Source: Moraxella nasicaprae
GTDB taxonomy: Bacteria; Pseudomonadota; Gammaproteobacteria; Pseudomonadales; Moraxellaceae
NCBI RefSeq assembly: GCF_025643275.1
Contig: NZ_CP089977.1
Location: 810,001 to 842,000, forward strand
Length of the DNA: 32,000 nucleotides
Direction: 5' to 3'
The notes below the pieces were generated by a model, which made no database searches, was not told where the DNA came from, and worked only from the letters and a program-made list of their open reading frames with translations. The translations under genes were made by a program, and so were the position numbers. This document shows positions 28,378 through 32,000 of the stretch, piece by piece (within the stretch, counting starts at the first letter, position 1; the number at the start of each line of letters is the position of its first letter).

Positions 28378-28407
28378 TTTAATTGATAATTTAAATTATC
28401 AATTAAA
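28378..28407. promoter_or_regulatory. perfect 30-bp palindrome upstream of dps (candidate operator with iron-box-like half-sites)
   Basis: TTTAATTGATAATTT|AAATTATCAATTAAA, checked base by base. The core TGATAAT-TTAA-ATTATCA has the two 7-mers of the Fur 7-1-7 motif but with a 4-nt spacer. A second Fur-like stretch, GATAATGAATTTTATTTAT (my count 12 of 19 to the classical box), lies at 28354-28372. Confidence 0.4.
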
Positions 28408-28520
28408 AAAGCCAATCCATCACATAATAATATTTAATTTCACTTTACCGATTGTTTTTGTTATTATATCTCCATAAACACAATGTGTGTATTTATTAAC
28501 CAAAACAAAGAGAGTCTATC

Positions 28521-28991
28521 ATGAGTATCAATCAAATCGGTCTGACCAATGACAACGCCCAACCTGTCATCAACGCCCTAAACAACCTACTGTCAAGCTA
28601 TCACATCTACTACATCAATGTGCGTGGCTATCATTGGAACATCAAGGGCGAACATTTCTTTTCATTACACGCCAAATTTGAAGAACTGTACACCCAGCTA
28701 CAACTGCAAATTGACGAAATCGCCGAGCGAATCTTGACTTTGGGCGGTGTACCATTGCACGCTTATAGCGATTTTGCCAGCCACACCAGCATGAATGAAG
28801 ACAAAAATGTACATGACGGTCGAGCTTGTGTCGAGGGCTTGGTCAAAGGACTAAGACACCTAATCGAAGAGCAACGCACTTTGGCGGCACTTGCCGAAGA
28901 AGCTGGCGATCAAGGTTCAGTGGATTTGGTGTCAGGCTATGTCCAAGAACAAGAAAAATTGGTCTGGATGTATAATGCCTTCTTAGGTTAA
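28521..28991 (+). CDS. dps: Dps-family DNA-binding ferritin-like protein
   Basis: 156 aa. Ferroxidase-centre residues sit in the typical context (NVRGYHWNIKGEHFFSLHAKFEELY...DEIAERI). Confidence 0.92.
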   Translation: MSINQIGLTNDNAQPVINALNNLLSSYHIYYINVRGYHWNIKGEHFFSLHAKFEELYTQLQLQIDEIAERILTLGGVPLHAYSDFASHTSMNEDKNVHDGRACVEGLVKGLRHLIEEQRTLAALAEEAGDQGSVDLVSGYVQEQEKLVWMYNAFLG

Positions 28992-29012
28992 TTCATCTTA
29001 ATACTCCATAAA

Positions 29013-29040
29013 GCCGTGAAATTCTCACGGCTTTGTTGTA
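29013..29040 (+). terminator. intrinsic terminator of dps
   Basis: GCCGTGA (29013-29019), loop AATTC, TCACGGC (29025-29031), then TTTGTTGT. Confidence 0.65.
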
Positions 29041-29109
29041 TGTTTTTTATAAAAAAATATAATAATTTCAATAAGTTGTGATTTTTTTATAAAAAATTTC
29101 AAAAAAGAC

Positions 29110-29137
29110 TTGACCCAAAATCAAATTGCTGTATAAT
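29110..29137 (+). promoter_or_regulatory. near-consensus sigma70 promoter of the tRNA operon, with an AT-rich UP-like region upstream
   Basis: TTGACC (29110-29115), 16-bp spacer, TATAAT (29132-29137), 16 nt before the tRNA-Ala 5' end. Two copies of TTTTTTATAAAAAA lie upstream (about 29043 and 29083). Confidence 0.55.
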
Positions 29138-29153
29138 ACGCACTCATTAGCAA

Positions 29154-29229
29154 GGGGCTATAGCTCAGTTGGTAGAGCACTTGCATGGCATGCAAGGGGT
29201 CAGCGGTTCGACTCCGCTTAGCTCCACCA
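29154..29229 (+). tRNA. tRNA-Ala (anticodon GGC)
   Basis: Hand-folded cloverleaf. Acceptor GGGGCTA/TAGCTCC with the G3:U70 alanine identity pair, anticodon loop ATGGCAT, T-loop TTCGACT, encoded CCA. Confidence 0.95.
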
Positions 29230-29242
29230 AATTATGCTAATA

Positions 29243-29276
29243 AGAATGTAAGCACCTAGGCATTTTCTTACATTCT
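29243..29276 (+). repeat. inverted repeat (hairpin) in the tRNA-Ala / tRNA-Glu spacer
   Basis: AGAATGTAAG (29243-29252) / CTTACATTCT (29267-29276), a perfect 10-bp stem with a 14-nt loop. Probably a processing structure. Confidence 0.4.
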
Positions 29277-29302
29277 GATGAGTTGAAAGACTTTTTTCTT
29301 GC

Positions 29303-29378
29303 GCTCCATTCGTCTAGAGGCCTAGGACACCGCCCTTTCACGGCGGTAACAGGGGTTCGAATCCCCTATGGAGTGCCA
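29303..29378 (+). tRNA. tRNA-Glu (anticodon UUC)
   Basis: GCTCCAT-TC-GTCT-AGAGGCCTA-GGAC-A-CCGCC-CTTTCAC-GGCGG-TAAC-AGGGG-TTCGAAT-CCCCT-ATGGAGT-G-CCA. This is a typical gammaproteobacterial tRNA-Glu body. The first acceptor pair is G1:U72. Confidence 0.92.
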
Positions 29379-29401
29379 ATATTTTCTCATTGAGAGCAAA
29401 A

Positions 29402-29431
29402 AGCCAGTCAAAATAAGACTGGCTTTTTTGT
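29402..29431 (+). terminator. intrinsic terminator of the tRNA operon
   Basis: AGCCAGTC (29402-29409), loop AAAATAA, GACTGGCT (29417-29424), then a T6 run. Confidence 0.7.
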
Positions 29432-29444
29432 CATTGATGGATTG

Positions 29445-30122
29445 ATGATGGCTAATTTTCGTACACATCTTGGCGTGGCTACTGTTGCCAGTACCGCATT
29501 ATCAGGCGGTGGTTTTTATCTTCACATCTATGGTCTTAGCACAGCGGTACTGCTTGCCATCATCGGTGCGATGGGTGGCTTATTGCCCGACATTGATCTT
29601 GACCACTCAAAACCTGCCCAACAAGGTTTTTTTGCATTTGCCCTCATCGGTTCAACGCTCATCACCATCTTATATGCCAACAGCTATCAACAAAATGAGC
29701 TGATACTTGATTCTTTGATTTTATGGGCGGTGTGTTTCCTGTTTTTACGCTACGGTATTTTTGAGGCGTTTAGTCGGCTGACCATACATCGTGGCATGGT
29801 GCATTCTGTGCCTTATATGGCGTTTTTTGGACTGATTTTGACGCTGGTGGCGTTCTATGGTCTTAAACTAACCGCCTTTGTCAGCTGGCTGTTTGGGATA
29901 TTTTTATTCTTGGGTGGATTGGTGCACCTGCTGCTTGACGAGCTATACAGTGTCAATGTCTATGGACTAAAACTCAAAAAATCCTTTGGAACGGCGTTTA
30001 AATTCTTTGAACACTCAAAGCCATTGCCCTACTTATGTCTATATTTATTTATCGCTGGGCTGCTGTATGTCGCACCGCCCGTCAAAGATATTTTGCTTAG
30101 CATGGGCAAATTCATCAAATAA
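29445..30122 (+). CDS. membrane-bound metal-dependent hydrolase, YdjM/DUF457-like
   Basis: The track start is TTG 29442, with ATGs at 29445 and 29448. Polytopic protein with the family motifs LLPDIDLDHSKP and HRGMVHS. Confidence 0.7.
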   Translation: MMANFRTHLGVATVASTALSGGGFYLHIYGLSTAVLLAIIGAMGGLLPDIDLDHSKPAQQGFFAFALIGSTLITILYANSYQQNELILDSLILWAVCFLFLRYGIFEAFSRLTIHRGMVHSVPYMAFFGLILTLVAFYGLKLTAFVSWLFGIFLFLGGLVHLLLDELYSVNVYGLKLKKSFGTAFKFFEHSKPLPYLCLYLFIAGLLYVAPPVKDILLSMGKFIK

Positions 30123-30124
30123 TC

Positions 30125-30568
30125 TTAACCAAATGCCAATCCTGTCGCCACAAATGCCAGCGACCACAGACAAATCAAGATGATATGAACATACATGATT
30201 ATCAAGGTGTTTGGCGTATGGTTGCCATTGATTAGTTTTTTGACCACAAAAAATCTGGCGTGCAATGCCGTGATGAGCGTCAATAATAACCAAAATAGCT
30301 TGGCAAGCACCAAATGTCCAAGCACACCCGCCCTACCATCAATGAGCATCGACCAATCGGGCAAATAGCGATGCACCATGTATAACCCTGTCACAACCTG
30401 TATGGCAAGTGCAGTCATGCCAAGCGGTTCATAGCTTTGTTCAAATGCCAAAAATGCTTTGACATCGCCAGTCTTTAAGATGGGTGGCATCACTCGAATC
30501 AATAGATACAAATGACCACCCACCCAAATGCTTGCTCCAATCAGATGCAAAAATAAGACCATCATCAT
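30125..30568 (-). CDS. small 4-TM membrane protein, CopD-family-like
   Basis: 147 aa. The N-terminal LFLHLIGASIWVGGHLYL resembles the CopD-type first helix. The start ATG overlaps the upstream gene's TGA (ATGA). The family call is tentative. Confidence 0.55.
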   Translation of the reverse strand: MMMVLFLHLIGASIWVGGHLYLLIRVMPPILKTGDVKAFLAFEQSYEPLGMTALAIQVVTGLYMVHRYLPDWSMLIDGRAGVLGHLVLAKLFWLLLTLITALHARFFVVKKLINGNHTPNTLIIMYVHIILICLWSLAFVATGLAFG

Positions 30569-31452
30569 CGTCTGCGACCTGCTCGAAATACGCTGGCATC
30601 TTGATAAAATTCATCATCTTGATTTGCCCAAAAATAAGGAATGCCTAGCACGGGTAACGGCTGCAAATCTCTTGGCGTGGCATCATCACGACCAAGCCAA
30701 TCATCAAGTTGCTGTGCCAAAAGTTGGTCTAGATACGCCAGTTTTTCGTCCATCGTCCAGCCAAAAAATTCTGCTTGAACAGGCACTACTAATGTATGCC
30801 CACAGAGATTTTTGCGAGGATTGATTAGCTGTTCTAATAAAGCGTGTCCAAACAAAAAACTCTGGGCATGCGTTTGATGATTTGGCTGGTCAGGATTGTG
30901 CCAATATTGTCTTGGAGTAACCAAACTGTGCTGCCAATCAAAATGGCATAGACGACTGGCGATTTGCTGTCCAATCTGCTCGGTCGATACCGCAAGCACA
31001 ATGCCATTTTCATCGAACACCGTGATGGCATCTCGCACTCGATTGCGTTTATTTTGTGTGTCATCTACAAAAATATGTCGCAAATGATGCTTGTTCAAGA
31101 TTGCTTTTGCACGCCCAAACACCGACCAAACACACGCCCCAAACCAATCATGCAGATTGTCTCTGGTGGGAATTTTGTGAAAATCACCAATAAACTGCTC
31201 ATAAGCTGTGCCGTGTGGCAAATCATTTTGATGAGAAAATATGAGTGGTTTGTCCTGATAATTATTTAGGATAATTTTATTATCTGCAAAATAATCGTTC
31301 AGCCATGCATGAAGTGGCACATTCCCACCATTTACAAATGCCTGATGAATGAGCAAATAAGGCGATAACCAAAGTTTGGTTTGGTCAATGGTGTGAAAAT
31401 CGTCAAAAAAAGTATGCATAAGTAAGCTAAAATGAAAATTAGCATAGCACAT
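30565..31452 (-). CDS. DUF3025-like protein of unknown function
   Basis: 295 aa, soluble. The blocks FGHALLEQL and LQPLPVLGIPYFW recall DUF3025, from memory only. An alternative start is Met12 (31419). A TGcTATGCT extended -10-like element lies within the first codons of the long form. Confidence 0.5.
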   Translation of the reverse strand: MCYANFHFSLLMHTFFDDFHTIDQTKLWLSPYLLIHQAFVNGGNVPLHAWLNDYFADNKIILNNYQDKPLIFSHQNDLPHGTAYEQFIGDFHKIPTRDNLHDWFGACVWSVFGRAKAILNKHHLRHIFVDDTQNKRNRVRDAITVFDENGIVLAVSTEQIGQQIASRLCHFDWQHSLVTPRQYWHNPDQPNHQTHAQSFLFGHALLEQLINPRKNLCGHTLVVPVQAEFFGWTMDEKLAYLDQLLAQQLDDWLGRDDATPRDLQPLPVLGIPYFWANQDDEFYQDASVFRAGRRR

Positions 31453-31475
31453 TTTGGTAGGTTTGAGAAGTCAAT

Positions 31476-31501
31476 AAAAGCTCCCCAGTTGGGGAGTTTT
31501 T
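31476..31501. terminator. intrinsic terminator directly after the TonB-dependent receptor gene
   Basis: CTCCCC (31481-31486), loop AGTT, GGGGAG (31491-31496). Flanked by an A-run and a T-run. On the minus strand the stem is followed by CTTTTATT. Confidence 0.65.
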
Positions 31502-31503
31502 AC

Positions 31504-32000
31504 CTAAAATTTAAAGGTCAATTCTGCCAAATATTGTCGTCCGATTTCAGATTCTAGTGACGAGCCGTTTAGGTATTTGTTTTGGCGGTTTAGGACATTA
31601 TTGACCGTTACGCCCAAGATGGTTTGGTAGCGGTTGCCAAACGCATATTGGGCTTTTGCGTCCCATTCTAACGCACCCCCAATGTGCGTGGGGTTGTAGG
31701 CGGTGCGTACCAGTTCACCGTCATGATAAAACTGTTCGGCAGTAGGCAAACGACTGCCAACAGTAGCTTGATAATCAGTGCGATATCGCAGGGTATTGGT
31801 GAGTGTAAGCGGAATTTTGTGAAATTGGCTATTAATTCCTAGTCGATAGGTTCTAGGCTGGTTGTAGTTGTCAGCAGGTCTGTCCACATTGGCGATGACT
31901 TGACCATTATATAGGACGTATTTGTCTTCGTTGAGTGTGCTGTCGTCATAATCGTTAAAATTGCGATAAACATCGCTGACATCTGCACCAAAATACAACT
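31504..32000 (-). CDS. TonB-dependent outer-membrane receptor, C-terminal part only (runs off the right edge)
   Basis: Alternating beta-strand pattern rich in Tyr/Gly/Asn, ending in the barrel signature ...GRQYLAELTFKF with a terminal Phe. The leading Met in the track is an artefact of the window edge. Confidence 0.8.
   Translation of the reverse strand, partial: LYFGADVSDVYRNFNDYDDSTLNEDKYVLYNGQVIANVDRPADNYNQPRTYRLGINSQFHKIPLTLTNTLRYRTDYQATVGSRLPTAEQFYHDGELVRTAYNPTHIGGALEWDAKAQYAFGNRYQTILGVTVNNVLNRQNKYLNGSSLESEIGRQYLAELTFKF

Noticed and set aside
1-32000. A search for CRISPR arrays, IS elements or transposase genes, integrases, phage genes, rRNA and toxin-antitoxin or defence cassettes.
   Set aside because: I saw none. 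All large ORFs are accounted for by housekeeping or conserved-hypothetical genes, and no long repeats were noticed by eye. A self-dot-plot would be the proper check.

Overview
This is a chromosomal, mostly housekeeping window from a moderately AT-rich Gram-negative bacterium. Gene content and order look gammaproteobacterial, plausibly Moraxellaceae, but that taxon is inference only and no search was run.

Left to right, the window contains:
- a truncated hypothetical ORF, then prfC;
- a DUF1311-like lipoprotein;
- polA;
- a 524-bp non-coding spacer;
- a cytochrome b561-family gene;
- an orphan efflux-adaptor-like lipoprotein, followed by an OmpR-family response regulator and a sensor kinase;
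- metNIQ;
- an isolated ccmCDE block;
- a YgiB/YgiC-like pair (DUF1190 lipoprotein plus glutathionylspermidine-synthase-like ATP-grasp enzyme);
- a Bcr/CflA-type MFS transporter;
- a partial dcw cluster (rsmH-ftsL-ftsI-murE-murF-mraY, with no mraZ and a terminator after mraY);
- gltX and dps;
- a tRNA-Ala(GGC)/tRNA-Glu(UUC) operon;
- a YdjM-like membrane hydrolase;
- a translationally coupled DUF3025 / CopD-like pair;
- the 3' end of a TonB-dependent receptor.

I saw no mobile elements, CRISPR arrays, rRNA or obvious defence or toxin genes.

The most interesting signal is in the polA / cytochrome b561 spacer. On the minus strand there is a near-consensus GacA/UvrY box and a -10 element. These precede a ~140-nt ORF-less transcript with seven GGA motifs, several hairpins and a strong intrinsic terminator. 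This matches the architecture of a Csr/Rsm-family CsrA-sequestering sRNA.

Other points worth checking:
- an exact 10-bp tandem repeat with 11-bp phasing upstream of the orphan adaptor and two-component locus;
- a perfect 30-bp palindrome upstream of dps;
- an acidic/basic insertion in the kinase ATPase domain;
- the fragmented ccm and dcw clusters.

All calls come from reading the sequence and recalling protein family motifs. No database search or folding program was run.
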